From: Hydrolagus colliei
Taxonomy: Eukaryota
DNA: 64,000 bases
Direction of reading: 5' to 3'
Assembly (NCBI GenBank): GCA_035084275.1
Contig: CM068757.1
Location: 2,728,001-2,792,000, forward strand
Under the pieces are notes generated by a model that was not told where the DNA came from, searched no databases, and worked only from the letters and a program-made list of their open reading frames with translations. Below, piece by piece: positions 26,036 through 40,040 of this stretch. The position numbers were made by a program, and so were the translations under genes. Positions within the stretch are counted from its first letter, which is position 1, and each line of letters starts with the position of its first letter.

Positions 26036-26400
26036 AAGTAACACAAGTGTTTCAAGTCAACATGCTATCTATTTAGTTCAGACACCATTCACTTTTAACT
26101 CTCAAGGAAGAACAACTTTGACGGCTTATGGCGCTGCTTGTTTTCTATATGGTAATGTAAAATCTATCTCTAATTGTCCATTTGAACAGCTTGATTTAAG
26201 TGGCCTCCTTGTCCATAGTGTAAATTAGGAACCAGGAGACAGTTCTGTCTCCTGGTTTATGTTAAGACTTCACAGTCTTCAGTCAATTAGTAATTTGTTT
26301 CACCAGGTTTCCAGGTGAATGCATTAATAACCTTGATTCACAGACTCTGAGCATGTTATTAAGTTTGCAGATGGCATAAAATTGTGTGTGTGTGTGCAGG

Positions 26401-26430
26401 TGGGGGGGGGGGGGGGGGGGGATAGGGGGA
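26401..26430 (+). repeat. Poly-G tract following (TG)n
   Basis: About 20 consecutive G. Confidence 0.85.
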
Positions 26431-26614
26431 GTTGTTAGAGACAGGACTGTGAAATCAGAAAAGAGTGCCCAAGTTCCTACAATTAGCACTCAGTCCCTGG
26501 AGTAATCAAAGGCAAATGAAGTTTATTGCAGGCAAATGCACACGGTATTCAGAGTTGCATAGATATTCTAGGGGAAACATTGGATGAAATCTAGCAATCA
26601 TTCATTGCTCACCC

Positions 26615-26860
26615 CAGTATAAAGCAGCAATAAACAAGATAGATGTTGGGCTACATTGCCAAGATTGTGAAGGATAAGTTCTAAATAAACACCAGGAAGA
26701 TGAGATGGTAATGAATTGTATAAACGGGTCAATATTGGATTGAAATTGTGGAAGGTGAGATCAAATAAGTATGAGGGACTTCTCATCCAAACATTTCTTG
26801 TGAGGTTATGAATTTAGCTACCAAACACCACTGATGGTGAGTATTGTGTGAAGAAGTACA
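26615..26860 (+). mobile_element. Old CR1 LINE remnant
   Basis: agatgttgggctacattgccaaga...aattgtataaac resembles the CR1 ORF2 'RMLGYI.R...LYK' segment; heavily decayed. Confidence 0.45.
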
Positions 26861-27218
26861 TGTAATGTTAATGATAAATACAGTGTGCAGTATTATTAAA
26901 TACTATCGGTACCATGTCTTGGAGTCGAAACTGGACCTTTCAATTTGGGAGAATTCTCCATTGGTAGAAATGAGATAGTAACCTTTAAAACACATAATTT
27001 TCAGGTATTTATTGCCTTAAGTATATTTTTCTTTTGCATCAATTGCGGCATATTTCCAGATTGCTATTAATAAACTTTACTGGTCAGTGCGTTGGCTGGA
27101 AAGGTCACAATATACCAATGCACATTGTAAGATATAAACCACAATGAACATGTTACCTGTTTTATAAATATTCATAATAATCCTTCCAGTTGATCTACTG
27201 TTTTTGTTTACATCAGTA

Positions 27219-27523
27219 GGATGTAGCTCAGTGAGTGGTTAGAGCACTCAAGTTGCAAACAAGAGACCTGGGTTCAATTCCTGGCAGGGCAAAACCTTGG
27301 GCAAGTTTCCTTACTCCTCATACCTGATAATAATACCTCAAGAAAAAAAACTATAATAATTTGCTCACTCAATCCATGCTTGTTTGTGGGTTGCTGCTGT
27401 ACGCAATTGACTCCTGCATTTTCGCCACAAAATATATAGTTAATTCACATTTAGTATCGTTTAGCGCTTTGAGACGCCCAGAAGATGTGAAAAGCACTAT
27501 ATCAAATACAAGGTTTATTATTA
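27219..27523 (+). mobile_element. tRNA-derived SINE A, full length
   Basis: A box tgtagctcagtg..gg, B box gggttcaattcc, body and tail. Confidence 0.9.
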
Positions 27524-30500
27524 CGTAAAGCATTCATTCACAGAACTCACTGACTGTCAAGTGTAGTGACCGCATTTTGTGGGCAAATTTTATTATGGCA
27601 TTATCGTACAATGCACTAATTTCTCTGTTGTTATTCTCTGTCCTCCTGACTTGAAAGGCGCTATACAAATGTAATTTTGTTAGTTTTATTGAGCTAACTG
27701 TATTTCACATAAACATTCCCCAACAAAAAGTGCCCTATCATTATGTTTTGCTTTCTTTACCATCTCACTGAGGGATGTCATAGTTAATGCTAATTATATA
27801 TCAGTGGAAGGATTGCACTTTGATGTTGAAAGCACTGAATATAAAGATAACAAAATCAGAACCCACCATCTTGGGGTTATTAATAACTCTAAGGTTAAGC
27901 AAAACTGTTATGGATAGGATGTTACAGAAAAATAATAACTGACTGAGCATAATATATAATGAGGAATGTTAAGTGCAGGTAACAAAATAAGATAGTTGAA
28001 ACATTTAGAGATTTTTCATTATTATCAGAAATGTCATCCATGTGACACAATCTTTCATTTAATACAATCATTCTCTGTGAGAGGAATATCTACACAATCT
28101 TTTTTTTGTGCAGGAAATATTCATTCTATTGCAATTTACATGAAGATAGTCAAATCTCGCAGTTTCACAGGGATGTTATTTGTGTTGTAATTTTATTTCT
28201 TGTTTCTAGTTCAATTCTTGATTGCGTTGACTTTGTGCTGTTGTCCTTCAGCCAGTTCCACTCTGGCTGTGATTTGATAGCTGCAGCCATCCCTGATTCA
28301 TACTGTCTGACAGGCACTGTGCTCAGTGAGAAACACAGGCTTTATAATGGATCCTTCCTCCCCTGAGATTGAAATCTGTGTCTGCCTTGAGCTCATTCAC
28401 CTAATCGCCCAAATGCTAACAGCAAGGTAGTGTCCATGAAAAAATGAAACTAAATTGATGAACCTAAACTTCCTTTTTGTTTAAATAAAAAAATTCCTGT
28501 AATTTTCAAGAAACTTTGCATTTCATAATGTAATAGTTTAGATAAGGTAATGAACCTTGCCTTATATGACCACATGGCCAACACTGGTATGCTGAAGTTA
28601 CATGGACAATTCCAGGTGGCTAGTGCTTTTAATTGGGGAAACTGATGACACTCTGGAGGTGAGAATATCACTCATTGTTACTCTTCATTAGTCACTCTAT
28701 AAGGCTGTGAATTGACTTTATGAACTCCTTTACACCATACTCATTTTTCCGTAACTTTTCTCTTGAAAAAGTTATTTTTTAAATGCTAATTGATGTTCAA
28801 TAAGTATATGTTTAATAATTGCACTAGCATAATGATATGGTAATTTTCAAGGGTGTTTTAAACTGGATCCAAATTGTGCTGCATTTGATCTGCGAGTGTT
28901 TGATGTTGGCACTGGGTGAAACATTGGAACTGTTTCACTATTCTTCAAAGCAATCCTGCCCTTAAAGAGAATTAAACCTTAATTAAATATCTAATCTTTA
29001 AATTTCTACATGATCTGTATCTTATATAGTGTGTGAGGCAAAACTGGTAGGGCATAAAGGCTTTGAGGTGCAGACAGAGAGCGATGGGCATGTTGTGGAG
29101 TGTTTTAAAAAATATATATTATATATTCTCAATGTTTCAAATAGAAAGGAAATTGTAAAGATTGCATCTTAAATTAGAGAGTGTAGGATGTCAAAATAGA
29201 GATGTGTTCATTTGCACGGGATGTAAATATATTGGAATAGCAATGAGGAGACGGGAGAATTCCCCTGCCAGAGATCCATCGTAAACATGTGTTTGAAAAT
29301 CAAGCTAAATTCACAATGATAAAAATACTACCTTTGCTGCTGAAGATTCAGTGTGGTAGTATATTTAGCTTATAATGATCCAGTCGGCCTCCAGCTATGG
29401 TTGGTTTCACTTTAATATCAGGAGACAAAGGCTTTGTCACACCAAGACATTGAAAATGCGCTAACCGTCTATTCCTGGCATAGCTTCCACTCATGTATCA
29501 GTAAAGCTCATGTTAGACTTTAACACGAGTGTATGGTACATTTTATCATTGGCATTTCCCAACATTCTTAAATTGTGTGACAATTTCAGTAATTCACCAT
29601 TTCTGAAGGAGAACAATTGTATTTCCTCAATTTCCTCAGTAGTTGGTGGTGGGGGGGATTTAATGTGTGATTAAAGAAAGAATATACTAAACCCCTTCAC
29701 AGAGAAATTTGGGGGTTGGCTGAATACCAGTCATATTCTGCCTAAATTTTGTGTGTTCCTCACAATTAGCCTATTATTCGTATAACCTTTGACTGCATTA
29801 GCTTAATGTGTTCCTTATTTCAACACTTCTGTTCAAATTTTGTGGAATATGTAAGTGGGAAGCTGAATAGATAGTAATGTAATCCTGCAGGTAATTGCTG
29901 CTCTCTGGCTTGTTAGCCCAGCATGGTACTTTACAACTGTGGAAATGTATGACACATAATAGTACAAATGGGCCATTTGGCTCGTTTTTCCATGTCTGTG
30001 TTCGCTCATTGAAGAAGAAGCTTCATGCATCTTTATCTTGATGATTTCCTTGTTAATGGACGGCATTGGAGTTTTAGCTTGAAATATGCGCTCAAAAGTT
30101 CCGACGCGAGATTTGAACCCCAACCATGCTGACGTATTTGGAGTGATGGAGGGAAATGTATTTTTGTGGATAGGTCAAATAGTCAAATACAAGGGCCAAG
30201 GCTAGGTAAACAAATCAGTTTTTGTTACACTAAATGCTCCCTTCGCACAACTTACTGTGTCCAAATTGAAGGAATGAAATCTTGGTCTTTTCCACTGAAC
30301 AGCCTGTGGTTAGCCTCAGCACAGAATGCAATGAAATTAGAATGTATTTTATTTGATCATTACTGCAGTGTATTTCATTGAGATCCAGAACGACCTCTGA
30401 GACAGGCTTGTCGGCAGTTGACTCTGATGTTCACTCCTTTTCTGTGCTAAGATTATCTTGTATAGGCTTCGGTTCCCACCTCCTCTCTCTTTTCCATTTA

Positions 30501-33298
30501 ATGAAAGTTCCTCCAATCCCTCTTGAGCTTTATGACATGGGGGTGGAAACTATCCTCTTTCCTGAGTTGCTTTCCATTCTCTCAACTGTCGGAAAAATTA
30601 ACACTCTGGTCTGGTAGAGCATCTTTTTTCTTCCTTTCACTTTTTTTTTCTGTACGTATTACATCCGTTTTGCATACATGGAGATTTGGGAGTGAATTAC
30701 TGTTAGATGCCATTCATGGAGTTAGGAATAAAAAAAATCCTTCTGATCTCATCCCTAACCAATCATCTGACGGGGGCAAGCAACCAAAGTGAAACCTGTA
30801 TGAAAGGAAAATAAAATTCCAATAATTCTCCTGACTCCTGAAGTTAATTGAGCAAAAATTCTAGAATATCATCTAATGCTACAATATACATTATTCAGTC
30901 TTGACATTTCCACAGTCCCAACAGGACTGGCATCATAGCATTGCATAAAGTATTTAATCATCTCTAGCTTGTTCTAATCCAAAATGTGCATATGCTTTCA
31001 TTAGCATACCATTATGAGATGATTTACATCTCTTATTTTGATAGGTATTGCTATGTTGGGTAGTGCAATTTGTCCACAACAAAGCAGCAATATTGGAGCT
31101 GGGTGACCATGTGTAAAATCTGCATAATAGTCCACAACATAGCCCCACTAATCTTGGATAAACTCTGAAATGTAATTACTAAAAGAAGGGCTGATGTAAG
31201 TTTCTAAGCCTTCTCTGTAGCCATGATGACTTAAGTTCAGAAACTTTTTTTTTGAAAGGCCCAAGAAAGGAGAAACTTAATGTCACTACAGAATTGATTG
31301 GCAATGAACAGGAACATTTTCCGGTTCTGCCTTTTGCTCCTATTTCATCTCTATTAAGCAGGTAGTGACAAATAGACCTTGCAGATTGATGGAAAGGATC
31401 TATTTGCGATGTGTCTTCTTGGATCGGTTCCTAAATGAAGTTGGAGTGCAGAACATTAATGGGTCTATCAGGCAATCTTTAAAATAGATTTTTTCAAAGA
31501 AGTAGTTAAGCCAAATCTTGGGGCTTGTTGATTTATAATTTGATCATTTCCCAAATCTACTTGTCTATGCATTTTCATAACAACAATAAGTTACACACAT
31601 ATATATGTATATGTAATATATACATATTAGATATATACACATATATATAGCACATTTCACGTTGGTTTAGAATGCCATTATCATACATATTTCTGGTTAG
31701 TTGCTGGTATCCATTACAACAATATGGATCCTAACACACTAGGTGTAAGACATTACAGTTTTACAGCACTATGTTCAATTTGATGACGTTGGTAATGTTT
31801 CCTATTCTTCCTGCTATGCCTTGTAGAACATAGCAATGATAAAGTTTTCCCTGTAGTGAACGCACTAGCTCGTTCACTTGCTGTACTTATTATTTCAGTG
31901 AACAAACTGCAAGCAATGCACCATACTGCATTGCTTATTTGAAGTAGGGAGTAACTAATTTTGTTTTGTATAATATCATTGATGGAACAAATTGATTAAG
32001 ATCATTAAGATAATGTTGGCTTATCCTGGCTTCCATTTGTTGTTGATGTTCGAACATTTCTAGCTTTGAGTTGACTGATCTTCCTTACTGCTGGCTAATG
32101 GTGAAATGTGGATCTAGATGTTGCTGCTGAATACTGGAGAGAAAAAGATTTCTCAAGTCTATTGCTGAAAGTTGTAATTTGACGTGTTTACGTGACTTGT
32201 CTCAGCAGCTCAATTTCATTGAGTATAATTGTCCTCATGGGATCTTTTCTACCTGCAAATCTCTAATGGTAGCTGTAATGGAGATAGGGTTTATTGGGGG
32301 CGATCCAATATTAAAGATTAATTGGGCTTACTCAAAAGAAGGAATTTAAAGCTAGGATATTTATGTACTGTGTGTGTTTCTGTCAGAAAGAGTTTATGTT
32401 CCCTCCACAATATTATTACAACACCTAAAACATACAGGAATCTAACAGTTATTCAAATAAATAATGTTAGAATGCGCGTTCGACCATCTGTATTAGCTAG
32501 TCACATAACTCAAATAAATATGCGTAAGACGATCACACTCTCCAAAATGATAATGTTGTCTTTGAGTTTATAGGAGGGTTAATGGTGTGTTGACAGCTGT
32601 TAATGAGGGTTTCAACATCTGTGATTGATCAAATAAATTCACAGATTTGTTTAGTATTCAAATTTCCAAAGTGCATTTCAGGAAATGCATCACACGGACA
32701 TCTATCTCGTGTTAACCTCCAGTCCTATCAGAACAAACATTGTCAGTAAATCCATTTTACATCAGTGTTATGCAAAATGGAATCAAAATAAATCTTTGCA
32801 AGATCAGCTATGCTCATATTAAATAAGTGTTTAAAAATTGAGGAGATTCTGCTGTTCAGGGGGAGTTATGCGACTAGATAATACATTCCAAAAACTGCCT
32901 AATATGGCACTGTGTTTTTTGATGAGATGCTGGGAAGTATATTTACACAGAGAGAATCAACAACTGGAACTAATTCCCAGAGAGGGTGGTTCCAAAACAG
33001 CTTGATGTTGTAACCAGAGGATAGTGGAGTTAGTGTTTTGATCCTACATGGTAGCCCGGAATCAAAGCCAAAAGACCTGTCATGAGTAAATATCTTGTTT
33101 CTGATTCTGCAACCAACTGGTACTCAAAATGGCAGCAGCGTTGGGTTTGAATATTCATGTCCCTTCTAAAAATAGCTGATGGGGTCTTAAAATAAGGAAA
33201 TCTCGACCAGACGATACTTGTTGAATCCTGCTGGTAACCAGAAATCTGTTATCCTGACTTCTCGGAAGTGTGCTTTGATGTCTAAGCCCTTCCTAAGT

Positions 33299-33401
33299 CC
33301 TAGGTAGGCAGGGTCAAAGCGGTAGGCTTTGACAGGAGAGATGAAGAACAATGAAGAGATTGGGGTGAGGTAAAGGGGAATGAGTTCCACAAGATAGGGT
33401 T
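33299..33401 (-). repeat. Copy 1 of a locally duplicated decayed L2 fragment
   Basis: Nearly identical to 34087-34186. Confidence 0.85.
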
Positions 33402-34086
33402 TTTAAGTCCATTGATCTCACACTACCAGAAGACTAACTCGACCATCTTCCCTTTAATGTGTTAAGTTGTTTAAACAATATTTTTTTAACTGATAATCGG
33501 TTCCAATTGTTGATTACCTCTTTGCATAAATAAATACTTCCTGGTTTCTGTAACCAGAAATGTGCATCGCTGGATCACTAATTAAATAAAGAATGAGAAA
33601 AAAATGATGTCCACTGTTGATTGAACTGGGCTATCATTAATATTAACCCTGATCCTTCATGGTGAATGCGTTTCAAGCTTTATATTAAAAATCTGCTGTT
33701 GTAATTAACTTTGTGAGAAATGACTTGGAGGTTGAATGCAAAGATCTGTTTTCAGTGCAATTTTCTCATCTCATTTTACCTGACTTAACATTAATAGAAA
33801 TATATCAACATAGTGCTTTTCTTTGGAGTCCTTGCTGATTCAACTATTTTCATAAATGGCTTACGTGACGGTACATGTTAAATATCAGCAGGGTAATTTC
33901 AGGAATAACCTCATGGTGCATTAACCTTCCATTGGTAGGGGCAATGATTCAGATTCTATTCATAGGAACACAACAGAGGCTAATTTTCTGGTGAATGCTG
34001 GAAGGCGAAGAACATTAGTAAGAATACCTTTGGCCTATTTTGTTTTGCCCTTTCACCTATTTAGTTACTAGAAAAGTGGGGGTGAC

Positions 34087-34260
34087 CCTAGGTAGGCAGG
34101 GTCAAAGCGGTAGGCTTTGACACAGATGAAGAACAATGAAGAGATTGGGGTGAGGTAAAGGGGAATGAGTTCCACAAGATAGGGTTGAAGAATCTAAAAG
34201 CTTGGCCCATTGATGATTTGGGGGAATGGGGAGTGGTGGTGTTGGGGGAACGGTGGGAGG
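34087..34260 (-). mobile_element. Decayed L2 3' fragment (contains copy 2 of the local duplication)
   Basis: Minus-strand translation PKSSMGQAFRFFNPILWNSFP resembles the L2 ORF2 end motif G.RAFS..AP.LWNSLP. Confidence 0.7.
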
Positions 34261-34745
34261 TTGTGTAGCAAACCTGAGTTAGCTCAATTGCCCGTGATGA
34301 CACCACTGCTCTCTGGATCTCCTTGCCATTATCCCCCTCCCCTCACTGGCTTTCTATCCTACTTTGAAACCTACCTTGATAACTATGCCTGTGGTTAGCT
34401 TTCACTTCTCCCTTTCTCTACCTCGCTAATGTGAAGCGCTCCTGAGACCCTACCCTGCCTGAATGGTGCTATACAAATACAATGGTGTTGTTCTGTAGAG
34501 GTAAAGCAAAGTGATGGTTAATTTGACTGAAGATATTATTTCTTCTAGTGAGCTACAAAGTTAGGGTACTGAGGGACATGAGATTAAAAAATCTCCGTCA
34601 GCATATGGTGGAACCCAAACAAAGTGGGCTCCCTCCTCTTGTGAAATTGAACCAGAAGAGTGTAAAAGTTTCATCTGTAGAGCCAAACCTGTGTTGACGC
34701 TACATCAGCCATTAAATTAATAGCGAGTTGCCAATTACTTAATGT

Positions 34746-35235
34746 AGAATCATAGAATCATAGAATCATAGAATTTTACGGCACAAAAGGAGGCCATTCG
34801 GCCCATCTAGTCTGTGCCGGCTCTTTGAAAAGAGCGATTCAATCCCACTGCCCTGCCCGCTCCCCATAGCCTAATAGACCCGTTCTCCCTAAATAAAGAT
34901 CTAATTCCCTTTTAAAAGTTGTTATCGAATCAGCCTCCACCACCTTTTCAGGCAATGCATTCCAGATTCGAACAACTCGCTGAGTGAAAAAATTTCTCCT
35001 CAGCTCCCCTCTACTGCGCCTTGAAACTATTTTAAATCTGTGACCACGAGTCACAGATTCACCCACGAGTGGAAATAGTTTTTCTCTATTTGCCCTGTCG
35101 AAACCCCTCATGATCTTATAAACCTCTATTAGGTCTCCCCTCAATCTTCTCTGCTCCAGAGAGAATAACCCTAGCCTATCTAGCCTCTCCTCATAGCTGA
35201 AGTCCCTCAATCCTGGCACCATCCTAGTAAATCTG
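34746..35235 (-). mobile_element. Young CR1 LINE, 5'-truncated (intact ORF2 C-terminal segment, 3' UTR, octamer tail)
   Basis: RFTRMVPGLRDFSYEERLDRLGLFSLEQRRLRGDLIEVYKIMRG...RNFFTQRVVRIWNALP is a classic CR1 ORF2 end; 3' hairpin gatgggccgaatggcctcc and (ATTCTATG)n tail. Confidence 0.95.
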
Positions 35236-35952
35236 TAATCCAAAGAGATCATGTGAAATCAAGCTGAAAGCAATGAACAATCTCGTTCAGTGTTTGAATT
35301 GGCATCATTCTGTTTTGTTAATGAATGGAGGGATCTGCTCTCAGGTTAACGTGTTCCCACACACAACCATTTCGAGCCATTTGTTGGGCTACCGTGCATT
35401 CCAAAGCACCTTTAGTGAACCCAGCATCTTCGGCGATGAGGTGAAGCGGGGACAATGTCAAATGGTTGCTTTGGTCATCAGTTGTTTAACTAACCGTTGG
35501 AATAATTTATACTGAGAATAATTCATTTGAAATTTATTCAACAAATTTATATTAATGAGTAACCTGTAGCCCAAGGCAGTCTCAAAACAAATGCCTGGAT
35601 AGAAACTTTGTCCAATGATCATGTTAGAGTCACTGAATTACTGTACCAGTGGGTGGGAGGGAGCGGGGGTTGGAAACAAGTGCAGTACATTTTTAATGCT
35701 TTAGAATACCATTGTTTAAACTTGTTTAATTTAGGCTGAGCTTCTCAGCTTTGTGTGACCTACCTGACTGGTACGAGCAGCCATTAATTAAGCTGTGTCA
35801 AGTCTTCCTGATATATAAAGATTTATTGATACATAAATTCTAATTTACCTCATTCTGGGTTTGTTTCATGTGTGGCTCTCCAGAGCTAAGTCTACAATTA
35901 TTTTGGACAGCCACAGCTATCAGTGGAAATAAATGGAGCACCAGCTATTCGT

Positions 35953-36291
35953 GGAGCTCCTGTGGCTTCATGGTTAGAGCACTTGTTTTGCAAACTGGGG
36001 AGACCAAGCTGGGGAGACCTGTGTTCGAATCTAGGCAGGTGAGGGCGAAACCTTGCGCAAGTTTCCTTACCCCACACACCTAATAATAATCCGTCCAAAA
36101 AAAACCACAATAATAAAATTGGTCATTTCAATCCACGACTGTTTGTGGGACACTGCTGTGCGCAATTGGCTGCCGCGATTCGTCCACAAATATACAATCA
36201 ATTCACTTTACCGTGTATTCTGTGAAGCGCCTTGGGACGTCGATAAGATGTGAAAAGCGCTATATCAAATGCAAGGATTATTACTATTATT
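35953..36291 (+). mobile_element. tRNA-derived SINE A, full length, followed by an opposed L2 tail (36302-36342)
   Basis: ggagctcctgtggct..tggttagagc head, B box gttcgaatc, small internal duplication of ctggggagacc, and tail. Confidence 0.92.
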
Positions 36292-36809
36292 TATAGTAAA
36301 GCAATAACAACAACAACAAAATTACATTTGCATAGTGCCTTTCTAGCTGGACAGATTTATATTGTCACATTTTGCTATTTATCTTATTGCTTATCCCTTT
36401 TGCATTTTCGCAAATGCTGGATGTCTTACAAAACTCTGATTTGGTTTCCGGTTTGTACATTTCTGAGACGCTTACAATGTGCATATATACTCCTTCGCTT
36501 ATTTATCCTTGATGCTATCCTGGCAATTTATTTGGATTCTCTGTACATTTACAGATTTTGTGTATTTTATCGAAAAGAATTGCTGTGTTCCTAGACCTTG
36601 GGATCGGTTTTGAGGGTAGCTATGGAGAAGTATAAACTATGAAAAAAAATCATTTTATCAATAGTCTTGATTCTGAGCATTGAATTATTGCAGGAAAGAA
36701 AATGTCATATCTGCAAGACTTCAGTGGTACCTGTGGCAAATTTGTCTTGTCATTGTTTCACTGTGCATCTGCAGGTGCCATGTGTACTAGTTGAGATCTC
36801 TCTCCCCAA

Positions 36810-37005
36810 CCCAGCACCCGTTGCGTTTGTTCCTCCGGCTCTGGTCTACTCCTTGTCCCCCGAATCCTCCGCTCCACCATCAGCGGCCGTGCCTTCAACC
36901 ACTACACCCCGAAGCTCTGGAAGTCCCTTCCTCACTCCCTTCACTTTGCCCCCTCTCTTCCTAGTTTCAGGACTCAGCTGAAGAACTTTCTTTTCGAGCG
37001 CACCT
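36810..37005 (+). mobile_element. L2 LINE 3' ORF2 fragment
   Basis: Closely similar to 14575-14745 (ctccggctctggtctactccttgtcccccgaatcctccgctccaccatc...aagctctggaa). Confidence 0.85.
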
Positions 37006-38567
37006 TCGGTCACCTTTACCCCCGCTCCCCTTGGCTTGGGGGAAAGGTCGGGTGACCGATGGCACATTTTTTTTCTTTTTTTCCTTCTCTACATTTTATT
37101 TCTTCTCTGCTCTCCCTTCTCCCTTCACCAATGAGTGGAAGTAGTGTGTGTGTGGAAAAGAGGTCTTGAGGTCAAAGTGATTGGTTATAAATTGAATAAA
37201 TAATGTATTCCGAAACAATTTGCACAGCTCAGATCTATCCATAGTGAGTGAGGCAGGAGCTCAGACGTTGAACCTAATGAGAAATGTAAGTAGAATTCCA
37301 ACATCTTAAAATGGAGCCAACAGAGGATGTTCTCCTACATCCTGGGGGTATCCTCCGTATTGAGTGCCTGTTACATTAATGGCCAGAGCTCCTGCCAAAC
37401 TCTAAACGGTAATGATCTGAATATTTAAATTACCTCACTAATCGTGCACAGTGCACATAAAGCCAATATTTTGTTCGCGTTGAAAGCCGCTTATCAGACA
37501 GGGACATCTATGCTCATATGTGCAGTATCTGAGAAATAAAATGGAAAATTTAGAACTTGAAGAGGGATTTTGTATCTACCGCTGTGATTATTATGCCAAG
37601 CTCTTTCTATAGCTTCATCATGGTACAACACAAAGCCGTTGAGAATAAATTCTTTGGCTCAATTTCTCGTCTTAGAATTCAGTTATTAGACTGTCACCTT
37701 AAAGATGATCTTCATAAAATCACAATAACATGCACTGTATGCCACAGCCAGTAATATCACAGAGTGCAGCACTCATCTTTTATTTATTCATTCAACCGTT
37801 TTCTCTCAATTTGATTTGTTTCCTGAAATGAGAGTTCAGAATTGTGCACACTTGTAAATGTCAGGACTTTTTGAGGCTCTTAAATTGAGGAAACTGGCTC
37901 TGCTGCACCCCATTATTTTATAGCTGGGGAAACTTTTTGCTCAACCTCTGCGATTGAAGTGAGGCATTACTGATGGCTTATTGTAAGAGTAACGTTGGAT
38001 GCCTGGTGGAAGCTACCTCTTGCTTCATTCAATCCATCTTAACATAGCAGGGTGGAAAGAAAGAGCAGAGTTCAAGCATTTAGTGCATTTTGCTCTGGCA
38101 ATTGGAATTACAATTTCGAATGAGCAGAAGAGTGGAAGGGTAATGGGATCATCTCCCCTCTAACTCGAAAAGGCAACCCCAGAGCCTCAGGAGAGAAAAT
38201 TAAAAGATGCTTTTAATGGAGACACAAACAATATTTCTGGTTGGTCACCAACTCCGTAAAATGTCCAGCAGCCACTTGAACATTTCCATTCAACAAGAAG
38301 GGAAAACGACAGCAAGATAGGGCTGTGAAAGGTCAAACAAAATGAGGAGTGAGGACACATGCTAATGGTGTGGTTGGGGGGGAGGGTGAAAGTGCTACTT
38401 TAATTACCCCCCCCTACTCTCGTGTGACCTAGATGTGATTGATGCCCTCACACATGACATCTAGTGTCAAGGTAAATCTGGATAAATTAGTATTATTTAT
38501 GCCTGATATAAAAGAGAGGAAAAAGAAAAGCTAAACACAACAGATATGGCACTCTTCTTTCACATTG

Positions 38568-38622
38568 CTTCATTCATTCATTCATTCACACACACCACAC
38601 ACACACACACACACACACTCAC
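38568..38622. repeat. (TTCA)n/(CA)n microsatellite
   Basis: Directly visible. Confidence 0.85.
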
Positions 38623-38947
38623 AGAGAAAAGGAAAAGGCAAATTAAGGAAAAGAAACTGACAGAAGGAGTATTAAAAACAACGATGGTGGAACGCCAGTG
38701 GCTCAGTGAATTGTACTCAAATGCACACTGACAGGGTGTGGTAGGACAGAGAGAATGTGTCTGTGGTGATTCAATCTTTACGTGTGGAAGTAAAAACATT
38801 TTTGAAAATGTAATGTGAAAATCTACTGTGGCAGCAGACATATATTTTGTGAACCAAGCTATGGGCAACAAATAGATGAGCTAAAGCTCTTCAGTCTTGA
38901 TAGAAAAGACATTTCAGACAAGACCGTATACAGGTACCTAAAACTTT

Positions 38948-39281
38948 AATAACAATAGTAATCCTTGCATTTGATGTAGCGCTTTTCATGTCTTCAAGGC
39001 TTCTCAAAGCGCTTCACAGAATATACTGTACAGTGAACTGACTGTATATTTGTGGACAAAATGCGTATTAATAATCCCTCAAAACAAAAACAATAATACA
39101 ATTGGTCATTTCATTCCATGACTGTTTGGAACACTGGGACACTGTTGTACTCAATTGGCTCCCGCATTTCGCCCACAAATACACAGTCAATTCACTTTAC
39201 AGTATATCTTGTGAAGTGCTTTGAGACATCTAGAAGACGTGAAAAGTGCGATATCAAATGCAAGGATTATTATTATTATTA
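38948..39281. mobile_element. Divergent pair of SINE A 3' halves (- 38948-39065; + 39068-39281)
   Basis: Both tails point outward; the arms are reverse-complementary over about 115 bp. Confidence 0.88.
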
Positions 39282-40040
39282 TGAATGTAAACTTGCATTT
39301 AGAACTGAAACAGTAGAGTTTCTGAAGATCCCTTTTCGTATAATATTCCTGGTTATTTCCAGAAATTAGGTTGTGTTGTTAGAGGAGTACTTCACAAATA
39401 AAGTATTCTTCTAACAATATAACCTCATTCCTTTAATCCTTTGATCAAATAAACTGAAGCTAGATTAGCATTGCATCAGTTCTTTTAATAAATTATCGCA
39501 TATTTCCCTCCAGTGATAACCTTTTCATTTTCTACACGAATTTCTTTTAAAATACATTCTGTGAATTCATGTTTTGTCTTTGCTCCTGCTTAGACTTAAT
39601 GTTACACTTATAATTTAACATTTTACTTCACTTATTTCATAGCCTATCTTAATATATTAAATTTGTTGAATAATTTATTTGATAGCTTTTTTTATTACAT
39701 TGCATCTGTTTCCATGTCATTCATTTTTATACATCATTTTCAACCCCCAATTTCTCTTTGTTTCAAAATCCCTTTCTTTTACTATTCTTTTCACCTCCCT
39801 TTTTTAAATCTTTTTCAAAAACATGTTGACCATTATTCTCCTCCATTCAATTTGAATTATGTTATTTTTAAATAGTTTTCTTTATTTATGAAACAGGCAA
39901 ACAAAATGTTAATAAATAGATATTAGTGTTTCAGCATATATAAGGTGCAAAAGGTTAGATATTCTGTTGAACATTTATTAATCGTGTAGTGTACACTAAT
40001 AGTGCTTCTAACACAAAATGTGTATTGGAAAATTAATAGC

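Noticed and set aside
34746-34773. CRISPR-like or regulatory direct repeats
   Set aside because: This is the (ATTCTATG)n CR1 terminal microsatellite; there are no spacers and the context is eukaryotic.
34839-35252. 137-aa ORF as a host gene
   Set aside because: It is the C-terminus of CR1 ORF2 in a 5'-truncated insertion with a CR1 tail.
38425-38470. Imperfect hairpin as a possible pre-miRNA
   Set aside because: The stem is only about 17 bp with bulges and the total length is too short for a Drosha substrate.
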